Source: Anaerolineaceae bacterium
GTDB lineage: Bacteria > Chloroflexota > Anaerolineae > Anaerolineales > Anaerolineaceae
NCBI GenBank assembly: GCA_003524305.1
Contig: DQHW01000029.1
Location: 4,913 to 68,912, forward strand
DNA length: 64,000 nt
Reading direction: 5' to 3'
A program made the position numbers and the translations under genes. Below, piece by piece: positions 34,445 to 44,344 of this stretch (position 1 is its first letter; every line of letters begins with the position of its first letter). The notes under the pieces are model-generated. The model was not told the origin of the DNA. It did no database searches and worked only from the letters and a program-made list of their open reading frames with translations.

Positions 34445-35644
34445 ATGAACCCAATACCACGCGGCAACCGCGACCTTATCCGCTCCATCAATCGATCCAT
34501 CCTCCTCAATGTGATTAAAACAGAGGGGGAGGTTTCGCGTGTGGCATTGGCGCATATGACTGGATTAAGCCCGGCAACAGTTACTACTATCACAGGGCAG
34601 CTTATTCAAGAAGGTCTTGTATTTGAAAAAGCTACTGGTGATTCCACCGGCGGCAGGCCGCCGATCATGCTGGCATTGAACCCGCGCGGCGGATTTGTGA
34701 TTGGAATCAAGTTGATGGAAGGCAAAGCTGTTGGAGCCATTACTGATCTGAATGCATCCATCCTGGCAAAAGATGCCATTATTTTGCCTGACAAACAGGT
34801 AAACACCAGTGTCGAGACATTGGTTAAACTGGTGAATCGCCTGGTGCAGCAAGGCGGAATAAAAAAGAAACAATTAATGGGAGTTGGCATTGGCCTGGCT
34901 GGTGTGGTTGATTTTGCCCAGGGTATTGTTAAACAAAACCCCATTTTTGGCTGGAAAAACGTAAATTTATGTGAACTTCTAGAAGCTCGCATGCGCGTTC
35001 CTGTCTATATTGATAATGATGTCAATACCCTGACTTTAGGTGAAAAATGGCTTGAACCGGGTAAACCCGAAGATAATTTTATTGTCATCACACTTGGGCG
35101 CGGTATAGGCATGGGCATTGTGATCAATGGACAGATCTACCGTGGCAAGGGTGGTGGAGCCGGCGAATTGGGCCATATCATGGTGGATCCAAACGGACCT
35201 AAATGCGATTGCGGCCGCCAGGGCTGTCTTGAAACTTTATTGAGTGATCGGGCACTGGTTGCTGAAGCGCGTCAGGTAGTTTCAGCGGATGTTAGCGACC
35301 TTGATGACTTAATTGCGCGCATGAAGGCCGGCGATCAAAATGCCGCTTTGATCTTTACAAAAGCAGGACAACTTCTTGGCCATCAAATCGCCAACCTGGT
35401 AAATTTGTTTGATCCGAAATTGATCATTATCAGCGGTGAAGGTATCCGCATGGGTGATGTATTCTTCTCTGCTGTACGCAGTACTTTTAATGAAGGCGTC
35501 ATGCCTGGTCTTGCTGAAGATACCGAGATCCGTGTGAACTCTTGGGGTGATGATATTTGGGCACTGGGCGCAGCCAGCCTGGTGATTGCCGAGATCTTTA
35601 TTTCTCCTATCCAGAAGGAGGGCAGAGCCATACCAAACAGATAA
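34445..35644 (+). CDS. ROK-family transcriptional repressor (wHTH + ROK sugar-kinase-like domain)
   Basis: 399 aa. N-terminal NRSILLNVIKTEGEVSRVALAHMTGLSPATVTTITGQL. ROK motifs GLAGVVD and GELGH. Zn motif CDCGRQGCLE. Confidence 0.85.
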   Translation: MNPIPRGNRDLIRSINRSILLNVIKTEGEVSRVALAHMTGLSPATVTTITGQLIQEGLVFEKATGDSTGGRPPIMLALNPRGGFVIGIKLMEGKAVGAITDLNASILAKDAIILPDKQVNTSVETLVKLVNRLVQQGGIKKKQLMGVGIGLAGVVDFAQGIVKQNPIFGWKNVNLCELLEARMRVPVYIDNDVNTLTLGEKWLEPGKPEDNFIVITLGRGIGMGIVINGQIYRGKGGGAGELGHIMVDPNGPKCDCGRQGCLETLLSDRALVAEARQVVSADVSDLDDLIARMKAGDQNAALIFTKAGQLLGHQIANLVNLFDPKLIIISGEGIRMGDVFFSAVRSTFNEGVMPGLAEDTEIRVNSWGDDIWALGAASLVIAEIFISPIQKEGRAIPNR

Positions 35645-35736
35645 ATTTTTTTAATAAAAGTTAATTCGTTCAGTATATAAAGTAATGTATCCTCCTGCAT
35701 TTGCAGGTAAATGATAACAATCTTAAAGGAGTAGAA

Positions 35737-37077
35737 ATGAAACAGCGTGTACCGTTTTTTGTCGTCTCTGTTGTAATTGTTTTGGCAATGCTGCTCGGAG
35801 CTTGCGCTCCCGCCGCTGCTACTGAAGCACCGGTTGTTTCTGACGCCACAGAAGCTGCTGTAACCGAAGCTGATGTGGCTGAGCCTGTAACCATCAAGGT
35901 TGTCAGTTTCTTAACCTACAGTGAAAATGTTGATGGTGCTGAAACAAAGGTTGTTGAAGCCTTCCAGGCTGCACATCCTGAAATCACCGTTGAATTCCAA
36001 CTCCTGCCCTATGCAGATTACTTCACTTCTCTGAAGACCTGGATTGCCGGCGGAACTGCTCCTGACGTCGCTTCATTAGACCTCGGCATGCTCCAGGAAA
36101 TGGCGGCGGCTGGTTCTCTCTCTGACTTGAATCCATTGATCCAGTCTGATGGTTACGATCTGAATCAATACTATCAGAGCACCCTCGACATGTTCCAGAA
36201 TAATGGCGGTCAATATGGCCTTCCCGCCTCCTATTCAAACGTTGTCCTTTACTACAACAAAAGCCTCTTTGATGCCGCCGGTTTATCTTACCCCGATGAC
36301 ACCATGGATTGGGCAACCTTCATGGAATACAACAAGAAACTCACCCAGGATACAAACGGTGACGGCACCATTGACACCTTTGGAACCTCCCGCTTATGGT
36401 GGCCTTACTACATGCTCATGACCGGCGCCACCCCCTTCAACGCTGACGCCACCCAATGCACACTGACCGATCAAGCTGCAATTGACGGTTTCCAGGCTAT
36501 GGTTGACCTGACCCTCACTGACAAAGTTGCCCCTTCAGCCAACGATTTGGCCGCCCAGGATGATTGGCACATGTTTGAAGCTGGTCGTATTGCCATGTAT
36601 CCCATCGGACCCTGGTCCATCACTGAATTCAATGATGTCATCAAAGATTTTGATTGGGACGCCACAACTCTTCCCATCGGACCTACCGGCAAGAAAGCAA
36701 CCTTCCTGTTTGGAAACGCGTATTCCGTTCTCTCCAGCTCTGAACAACAAGATGCTGCCTTTGAATTCTTGAAATTTGTCACCGGCCCCGAAGGTGATCA
36801 AATCCGCCAGGATTCTGGTTTCGAAATTGCCCCGATCAAAGCTGTTGCCGAAGGTTCTTTCCTGAAAGCAATGGAAGGCAAGAAACCCACCAATGCAGCA
36901 GTCTTCCTTGATTCAGCAGCTTTCGCTGAGAGTGTTCCAACCCACGCTCGCTGGTCTGAAATTGCTGATGCCATTTCAGCTCAATTGGATTCCGCTTTAC
37001 TTGGAGACATCACAGTTCCTGAAGCAATGCAGAATGCATGCGATACAATTAATCCTATATTAGCCGAATCAAATTAA
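35737..37077 (+). CDS. CUT1-family sugar ABC transporter substrate-binding lipoprotein
   Basis: It starts at MKQRVPFF... (RBS AAAGGAG), has lipobox LLGAC and an Ala/Thr/Glu linker, and is a family 1 SBP of about 446 aa. Confidence 0.8.
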   Translation: MKQRVPFFVVSVVIVLAMLLGACAPAAATEAPVVSDATEAAVTEADVAEPVTIKVVSFLTYSENVDGAETKVVEAFQAAHPEITVEFQLLPYADYFTSLKTWIAGGTAPDVASLDLGMLQEMAAAGSLSDLNPLIQSDGYDLNQYYQSTLDMFQNNGGQYGLPASYSNVVLYYNKSLFDAAGLSYPDDTMDWATFMEYNKKLTQDTNGDGTIDTFGTSRLWWPYYMLMTGATPFNADATQCTLTDQAAIDGFQAMVDLTLTDKVAPSANDLAAQDDWHMFEAGRIAMYPIGPWSITEFNDVIKDFDWDATTLPIGPTGKKATFLFGNAYSVLSSSEQQDAAFEFLKFVTGPEGDQIRQDSGFEIAPIKAVAEGSFLKAMEGKKPTNAAVFLDSAAFAESVPTHARWSEIADAISAQLDSALLGDITVPEAMQNACDTINPILAESN

Positions 37078-37097
37078 CGTTTCTCCCTTCTCTTTTT

Positions 37098-37128
37098 TGA
37101 TAAAGGGCGGTCAAACCGCCCTTTATCA
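37098..37128 (+). terminator. Intercistronic stem-loop after the SBP gene (13-bp stem)
   Basis: TGATAAAGGGCGG tcaaa CCGCCCTTTATCA lies between the SBP and permease genes. This is the usual position for a partial terminator or mRNA stabiliser. Confidence 0.5.
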
Positions 37129-37162
37129 AACCCCGACGAAATCTTTAGAAATGGAGTAAGCT

Positions 37163-38095
37163 ATGGAAATTACCCGACCACTGGAGTCCCCGCCAACGTT
37201 TTTTCAGAAAATTCGCAAGAGTATGGGGAAGTATTTCTGGGGTTATTTCTTTGTCTTACCCAGCCTGTTGATCATCGTACTTTTCAAACTAATTCCGTTG
37301 ATTATCGGGTTTGGTATCTCTTTTACAAACTGGTCTCTGCTTTCGGCACCGGATTTTGTGCAGTTAGACAACTATGCCAAATTATTTACGGACCCAACCA
37401 CCGGTAAGGTTTTTGCGAACACTTTCTATTATGCTTTTTTAAGTGTTCCCCTGAATCTTCTCTTATCGTTAGCTTTGGCATTAGCCTTAAATCAAAAAAT
37501 TAAAGGATTGGCATTCTTTCGCACCGCATACTACATCCCCGTGGTGGCGGCTTCTGTGGCGGTCAGTGCTATTTGGGTTTGGCTGCTTTCAGATTTTGGA
37601 ATTCTCAATACCTTCCTTACCAGCCTGGGATTCCAATCTTTGAACTTGCTGCAAAACACAAAAACCGCGTTGACTTCAATCACACTGGTGGATGTTTGGA
37701 AAAATCTTGGCTTTAATGTCGTAATTTTCCTGGCGGCATTGCAGGATGTTCCTGAGGAACTCCGCGACGCTGCAAAAGTGGATGGCGCCAACAGTCGCGG
37801 AATCTTCAAGAACATCACACTGCCTTTGATCACCCCGGCTATTTTCTTTACCGCAGTCATGGGCATTATAGGTTCCCTTCAGGCATTTGACCTGGTCTTT
37901 AACATGTCTATGAAACACGAAGGCGGACCGGCGCGCGCCACCAGCACTGTTGGTTTCTATGTCTGGCAAAATGCATTCAAATATTCAAAAATGGGATATG
38001 CCGCCGCGATTTCTTTCGCCCTAATGGCAATTCTCCTGGTATTGACCATTATCCAGTGGCAAATGCGCCGCAAATGGGTTTATGGGGAGGATTAA
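37163..38095 (+). CDS. Sugar ABC transporter permease (MalF/CUT1 type)
   Basis: 310 aa, 6 TM, EAA loop LRDAAKVDGANSRGIFKNITLPL. Confidence 0.85.
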   Translation: MEITRPLESPPTFFQKIRKSMGKYFWGYFFVLPSLLIIVLFKLIPLIIGFGISFTNWSLLSAPDFVQLDNYAKLFTDPTTGKVFANTFYYAFLSVPLNLLLSLALALALNQKIKGLAFFRTAYYIPVVAASVAVSAIWVWLLSDFGILNTFLTSLGFQSLNLLQNTKTALTSITLVDVWKNLGFNVVIFLAALQDVPEELRDAAKVDGANSRGIFKNITLPLITPAIFFTAVMGIIGSLQAFDLVFNMSMKHEGGPARATSTVGFYVWQNAFKYSKMGYAAAISFALMAILLVLTIIQWQMRRKWVYGED

Positions 38096-38096
38096 G

Positions 38097-38957
38097 ATGA
38101 AAAACGCAGCGATTGAGTCCTTATATAAACCCAAAAGCAAGGTTTCGATAGGCCGCATATTGGTTTATGCATTGTTGACCATTGGTGCATTGGTCATGAT
38201 TGTCCCCTTTCTGTGGATGCTTTCTACTTCATTAAAAGACCAGCAGCAATTATTTGCATGGCCGCCGAATTGGTGGCCCCAGCCCTTTGTCTGGAGTAAC
38301 TATACAGAGGTGATGACCAAGATCAAATTTGGTCAATACGGATTGAACACTTTCAAGATTACGGCTGCAGTTACGATTGGCCGCCTCATCTTGTGTTCGA
38401 TGGCCGGATATGGTTTTGCACGCATGAAATTCCCGGGTAAGAACTTTTTGTTCTTTCTTACGCTTGCGACCATGATGATTTCCAGTCAGATCACGATCAT
38501 TCCCAATTTCATCATCATGCGCTACCTCAGTCTGGTCGATACCCACCTGGGTGTTATATTACCGCAGCTTGCAGATGGATTCAGCATCTTCTTAATGCGT
38601 CAATTCTTCCTAACCTTTCCTTACGAACTTGAAGACGCTGCCAAGCTCGATGGCTGCAATCCACTCATGTTTTATTTTCGAATATTGATTCCCAATTCCA
38701 AAGCCATTTTGGCCACCCTTGCGGTGATGACATTCCAGGGTGTGTGGAATGATTTCCTCTGGCCGTTGGTTATGCTCACAAGTCCCGAAAAACGCACCTT
38801 ATCGGTAGGGTTGTCTTACCTGGTGGGTCAATATACCACTCGTTGGGATTTACAAATGGCAGGTTCTGTACTCACGGTTCTTCCAATTCTTATCTTGTTT
38901 TTCTTATTGCAGAAGTACTTTGTACAGAGCATCAAGATGACGGGATTAAAAGGTTAA
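38097..38957 (+). CDS. Sugar ABC transporter permease (MalG/CUT1 type)
   Basis: EAA loop LEDAAKLDGCNPLMFYFRILIP. ATG at 38097 is preceded by GGAGG. Confidence 0.85.
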   Translation: MKNAAIESLYKPKSKVSIGRILVYALLTIGALVMIVPFLWMLSTSLKDQQQLFAWPPNWWPQPFVWSNYTEVMTKIKFGQYGLNTFKITAAVTIGRLILCSMAGYGFARMKFPGKNFLFFLTLATMMISSQITIIPNFIIMRYLSLVDTHLGVILPQLADGFSIFLMRQFFLTFPYELEDAAKLDGCNPLMFYFRILIPNSKAILATLAVMTFQGVWNDFLWPLVMLTSPEKRTLSVGLSYLVGQYTTRWDLQMAGSVLTVLPILILFFLLQKYFVQSIKMTGLKG

Positions 38958-38969
38958 AGGTGCTGTTTA

Positions 38970-40112
38970 ATGGATCAAGGTTTATACAAAAAATCAATTC
39001 AAACGATTCTTGCCAGTCAAAGCGAATGGGGATCGTATGTTGCATCACCTTTTTTCCCGACTTATCAGTATTGCTGGCTGAGAGATGGCAGTTACATCGC
39101 CCATGCCATGGATACAGCCGGTGAATATGAAAGTGCCTCCGCTTTTTTTAACTGGGTGGGGCAGACCATTCAAAGATTTAGCTACAAGGTGGAAGAAGCC
39201 AGACTTCGTCTGTCTGCAGGCTTACCATTGGGCAAGGATGATCTGCTGCATACCCGTTTTACATTGGATGGCGAGGAAGTATACATCGACAATACCTGGG
39301 GTAATTTTCAGATTGATGGTTACGGCACCTGGCTGTGGGCATTAAATGATCATGTCAAACGCTCAGGCGATTATGGCATCCTTCAAAAATTGAAGGACCC
39401 CATAGAGACCACCCTGCGTTATCTTGAATTAACCTGGAAGCTTCCCAACTACGACTGTTGGGAGGAACATCCTGAATATTTACACACTTATTCACTATCA
39501 ACTGTATTTGCCGGTTTTCATGCCGCCGGAGAGATGATCCGGTCGGGCAAACTTGAGATAAAAAATATAGCCGCAGATGTATTGGCAAAGGAAGTGCGCA
39601 AGTTCATTCTGGATTCAGCGGTTAAGAACGGTCGATTGGTTAAATATTTTTGCCCGCCTAGTGTGAATTCTGTATCGCACTTGATCGGCAATGACGGCGT
39701 GGATGCGAGTTTGATGGCAGTAGCTATACCTTACCAGATGTTCTTGCCTGATGATCCCATCATGTTGGCGACTATTAAAGCCATTGAAGAGGATTTGTTC
39801 CGAATTGACGGCGGGGTCTATCGTTATAAAGCAGACGTCTATTACGGCGGCGGTGAGTGGATTCTGCTTACAGCCTGGCTGGGCTGGTATTATGTTTCAA
39901 TCAAGCAATTTGATAAAGCCCAGGCGATTTGTCAATGGATTGAATCTCAGGCGGATGAAAACGGGTGGCTGGCTGAGCAGGTCAGCGATCATGCACTTCA
40001 CCCTGAACATTACGCTCCCTGGGTCAAAAAATGGGGACCTGTCGCCAATCCACTCACCTGGTCACACGCCATGTATGTCATTTTAACCAATGCCATTAAC
40101 CAAGGACTATAA
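38970..40112 (+). CDS. GH15-family glycoside hydrolase (catalytic alpha/alpha-6 barrel only)
   Basis: 380 aa. Motifs: YCWLRDGSY, WGNFQIDGYG, NYDCWEE (general-acid motif). Confidence 0.7.
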   Translation: MDQGLYKKSIQTILASQSEWGSYVASPFFPTYQYCWLRDGSYIAHAMDTAGEYESASAFFNWVGQTIQRFSYKVEEARLRLSAGLPLGKDDLLHTRFTLDGEEVYIDNTWGNFQIDGYGTWLWALNDHVKRSGDYGILQKLKDPIETTLRYLELTWKLPNYDCWEEHPEYLHTYSLSTVFAGFHAAGEMIRSGKLEIKNIAADVLAKEVRKFILDSAVKNGRLVKYFCPPSVNSVSHLIGNDGVDASLMAVAIPYQMFLPDDPIMLATIKAIEEDLFRIDGGVYRYKADVYYGGGEWILLTAWLGWYYVSIKQFDKAQAICQWIESQADENGWLAEQVSDHALHPEHYAPWVKKWGPVANPLTWSHAMYVILTNAINQGL

Positions 40113-40114
40113 CC

Positions 40115-42913
40115 ATGACCACTTCACACACTCCCAATGCCATTGAAATGCGGCACGATCCTTACGGAGAGATGCATCCCTATATTCCGCTTCCCAATGA
40201 AAGATCCCCGCGATATCCCTCCAGTGGAGCACCAGTCACAGTGAAGATTGAAACCGAATCAATCTCGCCAATTGATGCGTTGTGGTGTGAATGGACCGAA
40301 AAAGGAAGCGCCGAGATCCACCGTGTGGATGCCTCATTAAGCTCAAAGTCAGAAAATTTGGCTCAATGGCAGGCTGTGCTTTCACCTTTTAGTGGCGGCG
40401 AAGAAATCAACTACCATTTCTGTGCGATGAGTGATAAGCAGGTTCACCATGGTGAAAATTATTCTTTTTATGTAAACACCTGGGTCAACGTTACCTCACT
40501 GGTAGAAGTAGAAGCAGTTGAAAATCAACTTGAACTACACCTTGCCACTCAGCGTCAGGGTTTGGAGTTGGTTTTGACCATGTCTCTCGAATTCGCAGGC
40601 AAACTGGCATTTAAATTGTCAACCTGCCGAGAGAGGATTGGGTCCATTGCAAAAATGGAATCCACTTATGTGTCAAATTGGAAGGATTTTCAAATCACAT
40701 TGCAAGAAGATCCGTTTATTTTTGAAATTAAACGATCTGGTGATGGAATGGTGATTAAGATTAAACCACCTTTACAAGTGCTGGTTGATCAAACCGGTAG
40801 TGTACTTGAATATCACCTGGAAATTGAAAGCCCAAGCGATGAAGCCTTTTACGGTTTCGGTGAACGTTTCAATGCCCTGGATCAACGCGGCAGCCATTTG
40901 GATAATTATGTCTATGGTCAGTACACCAGCCAGGGTAAACGAACTTACATTCCCATTCCGTTTTTTGTGTCTTCACGCGGTTATGGCATGTGGTTAAAGA
41001 CTTCGCGTCAAGCTCAGTTTGACCTGGCAGCCGCCAACCCTGAGTCTTGGTATCTTGAAGGCCGCGCTGAAGATGATGAAAACCTTGAGATTACTTGGTT
41101 TCTTCATCAGCAGCCCTATGAAAATGTCAAAGCTTTTACGCTGCAAACGGGCCAACCCAAAGTTCCGCCAGCCTGGGTATTTGGCTTATGGATGAGCAGC
41201 AATGACTGGAACAGCCAGAAGGAAGTGCTCAATCAATTGCATGAATCTCAAAAGTTGCAGATTCCAGCCAGTGTGCTGGTCATCGAAGCGTGGAGTGACG
41301 AGATTAATTTCTATATCTGGAATGACGCCCAATATAAAATCAAACCCTCGTCTGAACCCTGCAAACTCACAGATTTCACCTTTGCAAGCGACAGCCGCTG
41401 GCCAGACTTAAAATCCATGGTGGATGAATTACATCAAAATGATGTGCGCCTGGTGTTGTGGCAGAACCCGGCAATAAAATTTCAGGGTGAACACGAGAGT
41501 TTTGACGACACCTTAAACCTGGCAGATCAAGCCTATGCCATTGAAAAGGGATATGTGGTGACCAAAGTGGATGGCACTCCCCACCGTGTTGAGAAACACA
41601 TGCCCTGGTTCCAAAACAGCCTGGTGCTTGATTTCACCAACCCTGAAGCCGCAGAGTGGTGGTTCTCAAAACGAAGCTATCTCGTGGAAGAACTTGGTGT
41701 GGATGGATGGAAATCTGATGGCGGTGAGCATATCTGGGACCCTGATACCCGCTTCTTCAGTGGAAAACGCGGCACAGATGGCATCAACGAATACCCGGTG
41801 GATTACGAAGCCGCCTATGATCGTTTTATGCAGAAACTGCGCGGCAATGATTTCGTTCTTTTCAGTCGGGCTGGCTACACCGGATCGCAAAACTATCCAA
41901 GCCATTGGGCAGGGGATGAAAACTCCACCTGGGAGGCTTTTAGAGCAACCCTGCAAGCCTTGCTCAATGTTGGTATTTGCGGTCTGCCTTTTGTCGGCTG
42001 GGATATTGCCGGCTTTGCCGGACCAATTCCGACCAGTGAACTCTACCTGCGAGCGGCGGCTTTTTCAGTTTTTTGCCCCATCATGCAATACCACTCGGAT
42101 GTAAATCGAACCGAACGCACCAGCCGTGACCGCACTCCCTGGAATATGCAAAAACAGACCGACGATACACGGGTGGTTCCCACTTTTCGTAAATTTGCCA
42201 ACCTGCGCATGAACTTGCTGCCTTATGTGTTAGACCAGGCTCGATTATGCAGCGAGACAGGGCTGCCTTTGATGAAGGTCATGGGGTTGGTGTATCCGAA
42301 TGATGTCATGTGTCCGAAATATGCCAGTCAATATTTCTTTGGCGAAGATTTGCTTGTTGCTCCAGTGACCCATGAAGGTGTCGAAAATTTGCCGGTTTAT
42401 TTACCCGAAGGCAGTTGGCGCGACTTTTGGACGGGCGAAATTTTGTCAGGTCCGGTTGAACTTGTCGTCAACGTACCTGTTGATCGCATTCCTGTTTATC
42501 AGAAACAGAGCAGTATCTTGCCGCTAAACCTGAATCATACCGGTGAACTTTGCACACCCGTGGGCAACATATGCGACCGGGTGGATGATCTGACCCTGAT
42601 CCTCTACCCTGGCATCGGAATGAACACAAAACAAATTGTGTTGGCAGATTCAAAATCAGTATCTTTGGAAGTAGCATTTGACGCGCTTACAACTGGACTG
42701 ACAGTAACAATTGATCCATCCCCGATCGAACTACATTTGGTAGTTGTGGGGAAGGAACCAAAATCAGTGTTCGTTGACGGCGTAGTTTTGCCAAAACGCA
42801 CAGACCAAACAGCGTCCCCTGCCATTTCTGGCTGGACCTGGAATGAAAAAGCGGAAGAGATTAAGATCACGTTGGCTGCCAAAGCATCTAAAACAATCAT
42901 CAAAATTCAATAG
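40115..42913 (+). CDS. GH31-family alpha-glycosidase (YicI-like)
   Basis: 932 aa. GVDGWKSDGGE matches the nucleophile region GVDxFKTDFGE. HWAGDENSTW is the acid/base region. Confidence 0.8.
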   Translation: MTTSHTPNAIEMRHDPYGEMHPYIPLPNERSPRYPSSGAPVTVKIETESISPIDALWCEWTEKGSAEIHRVDASLSSKSENLAQWQAVLSPFSGGEEINYHFCAMSDKQVHHGENYSFYVNTWVNVTSLVEVEAVENQLELHLATQRQGLELVLTMSLEFAGKLAFKLSTCRERIGSIAKMESTYVSNWKDFQITLQEDPFIFEIKRSGDGMVIKIKPPLQVLVDQTGSVLEYHLEIESPSDEAFYGFGERFNALDQRGSHLDNYVYGQYTSQGKRTYIPIPFFVSSRGYGMWLKTSRQAQFDLAAANPESWYLEGRAEDDENLEITWFLHQQPYENVKAFTLQTGQPKVPPAWVFGLWMSSNDWNSQKEVLNQLHESQKLQIPASVLVIEAWSDEINFYIWNDAQYKIKPSSEPCKLTDFTFASDSRWPDLKSMVDELHQNDVRLVLWQNPAIKFQGEHESFDDTLNLADQAYAIEKGYVVTKVDGTPHRVEKHMPWFQNSLVLDFTNPEAAEWWFSKRSYLVEELGVDGWKSDGGEHIWDPDTRFFSGKRGTDGINEYPVDYEAAYDRFMQKLRGNDFVLFSRAGYTGSQNYPSHWAGDENSTWEAFRATLQALLNVGICGLPFVGWDIAGFAGPIPTSELYLRAAAFSVFCPIMQYHSDVNRTERTSRDRTPWNMQKQTDDTRVVPTFRKFANLRMNLLPYVLDQARLCSETGLPLMKVMGLVYPNDVMCPKYASQYFFGEDLLVAPVTHEGVENLPVYLPEGSWRDFWTGEILSGPVELVVNVPVDRIPVYQKQSSILPLNLNHTGELCTPVGNICDRVDDLTLILYPGIGMNTKQIVLADSKSVSLEVAFDALTTGLTVTIDPSPIELHLVVVGKEPKSVFVDGVVLPKRTDQTASPAISGWTWNEKAEEIKITLAAKASKTIIKIQ

Positions 42914-42928
42914 GATATTTATTATTAA

Positions 42929-42953
42929 CCCCCATCCGCTTGCTGGATGGGGG
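42929..42953 (+). terminator. Stem-loop after the GH31 gene (9-bp GC-rich stem)
   Basis: CCCCCATCC gcttgct GGATGGGGG, 16 nt after the stop codon. Confidence 0.4.
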
Positions 42954-42992
42954 ATGATTACATGCGCTCTCAATAAGCACTAGGATACCATC

Positions 42993-44261
42993 ATGAAAAT
43001 TCATCCATTGTTTCATTCCTTAGTCAATTTCAAGGGTAATGCGCGAGGTTGCGTGTATCCTGAACCTTTGAATGCCATACCGGTCAATTTGTATGCACCG
43101 TATGTATCCGTTTTTATGCTGGCGCTTGGTGTCACTGATGCTCAAATTGGGCTGACCGTAAGCGTGAGTTGGGCTGTGCAGCTAATATTGGCAATATTCA
43201 GCGGCACAATTACTGACAAGCTTGGCAGACGCAAGGCAACCTTAATCTTTGACCTGGTTTCATATGTAATTCCAGCCATTATTTCTGCAGCGGCGCAAAA
43301 TTTCTGGTATTTTCTTGGCGCTGCCATTTTCAGTAGTTTTATCCGCATTCCGCAGAATTCATGGATGTGTCTGGCGGTGGAAGATACTGATCCGGATCAG
43401 TTGATAGACATCTTTTCGTGGGTATACATCGCCGGGCTGCTTTCTGCATTTTTTGCTCCCATTGCAGGTTTATTGATCAAATCATTAACCTTAATCCCAA
43501 CCATGCGAATTTTGTATATATTTGCTGCCATTTGTTTTACCGCAAAAGCCTTTATTACTTACCACTTGACTAGTGAAACCAAACAGGGGTTCATTCGCAT
43601 GGAAGAGATGAAACGAAAAAGCATCTTTTCAGGCATGGGAGGATATCGCCAGATATTTAACCAGGTTTTGCATACCCCCAAAACACTCTATACAGCCGGT
43701 ATTATGGTGATCATGAGCATTTGTCTGATGATCAATAGCACTTTCTGGTCGGTGATTGTGACCGAAAAGATCAAAATAGCGGTCTACAATATTTCGATCT
43801 TTGCTTTTGTGCATTCCGTGATCATGTTGGTGTTTTATTTTGTGATCTCGCCTCGTTTGAAGAAGTATCATTACAAAATACCCATGGTGCTCGGTTTCTG
43901 GGGATTTGCGCTGAGCCAATTGCTGCTGATCTTAACCCCTATCAACGGATATTTCTTGCTCATAATCAGTATCGTAATTGAAGGCTGTGCATTGGCGACC
44001 TTGAATCCATTGGTGGATCAACTTATAGTGTTGACCATTGACGCAGAAGAACGTGCACGCATTCAATCCATCTTGTATGTGGCCGTAATCATCATCACGA
44101 CTCCCTTTGGCTGGATTGCGGGCAACTTATCAGCCATGAATAAGTCTCTGCCTTTTATCTTGAATCTTGTATTGTTTGGTCTTGGAGGAGTTTTAGCCTG
44201 GCTTGCAGGTCGAGAAGATAAATCAAGGAAAAATTCCCCTTCGGTTTCTGCCTGGGAATAA
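42993..44261 (+). CDS. MFS-type transporter
   Basis: 422 aa with about 12 TM segments. DKLGRRK is the loop 2-3 MFS signature. Confidence 0.7.
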   Translation: MKIHPLFHSLVNFKGNARGCVYPEPLNAIPVNLYAPYVSVFMLALGVTDAQIGLTVSVSWAVQLILAIFSGTITDKLGRRKATLIFDLVSYVIPAIISAAAQNFWYFLGAAIFSSFIRIPQNSWMCLAVEDTDPDQLIDIFSWVYIAGLLSAFFAPIAGLLIKSLTLIPTMRILYIFAAICFTAKAFITYHLTSETKQGFIRMEEMKRKSIFSGMGGYRQIFNQVLHTPKTLYTAGIMVIMSICLMINSTFWSVIVTEKIKIAVYNISIFAFVHSVIMLVFYFVISPRLKKYHYKIPMVLGFWGFALSQLLLILTPINGYFLLIISIVIEGCALATLNPLVDQLIVLTIDAEERARIQSILYVAVIIITTPFGWIAGNLSAMNKSLPFILNLVLFGLGGVLAWLAGREDKSRKNSPSVSAWE

Positions 44262-44272
44262 GAAATGGATAC

Positions 44273-44309
44273 AAAAAAGATCCCCCATGAAAGATGGAGG
44301 ATCTTTTTT
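44273..44309. terminator. Bidirectional rho-independent terminator between convergent genes
   Basis: AAAAAAGATCC...GGATCTTTTTT. The stem is flanked by A6 and T6 tracts. Confidence 0.7.
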
Positions 44310-44344
44310 GTAAATAATCCAGTTTGGCTTTAAACCACGAAAAA

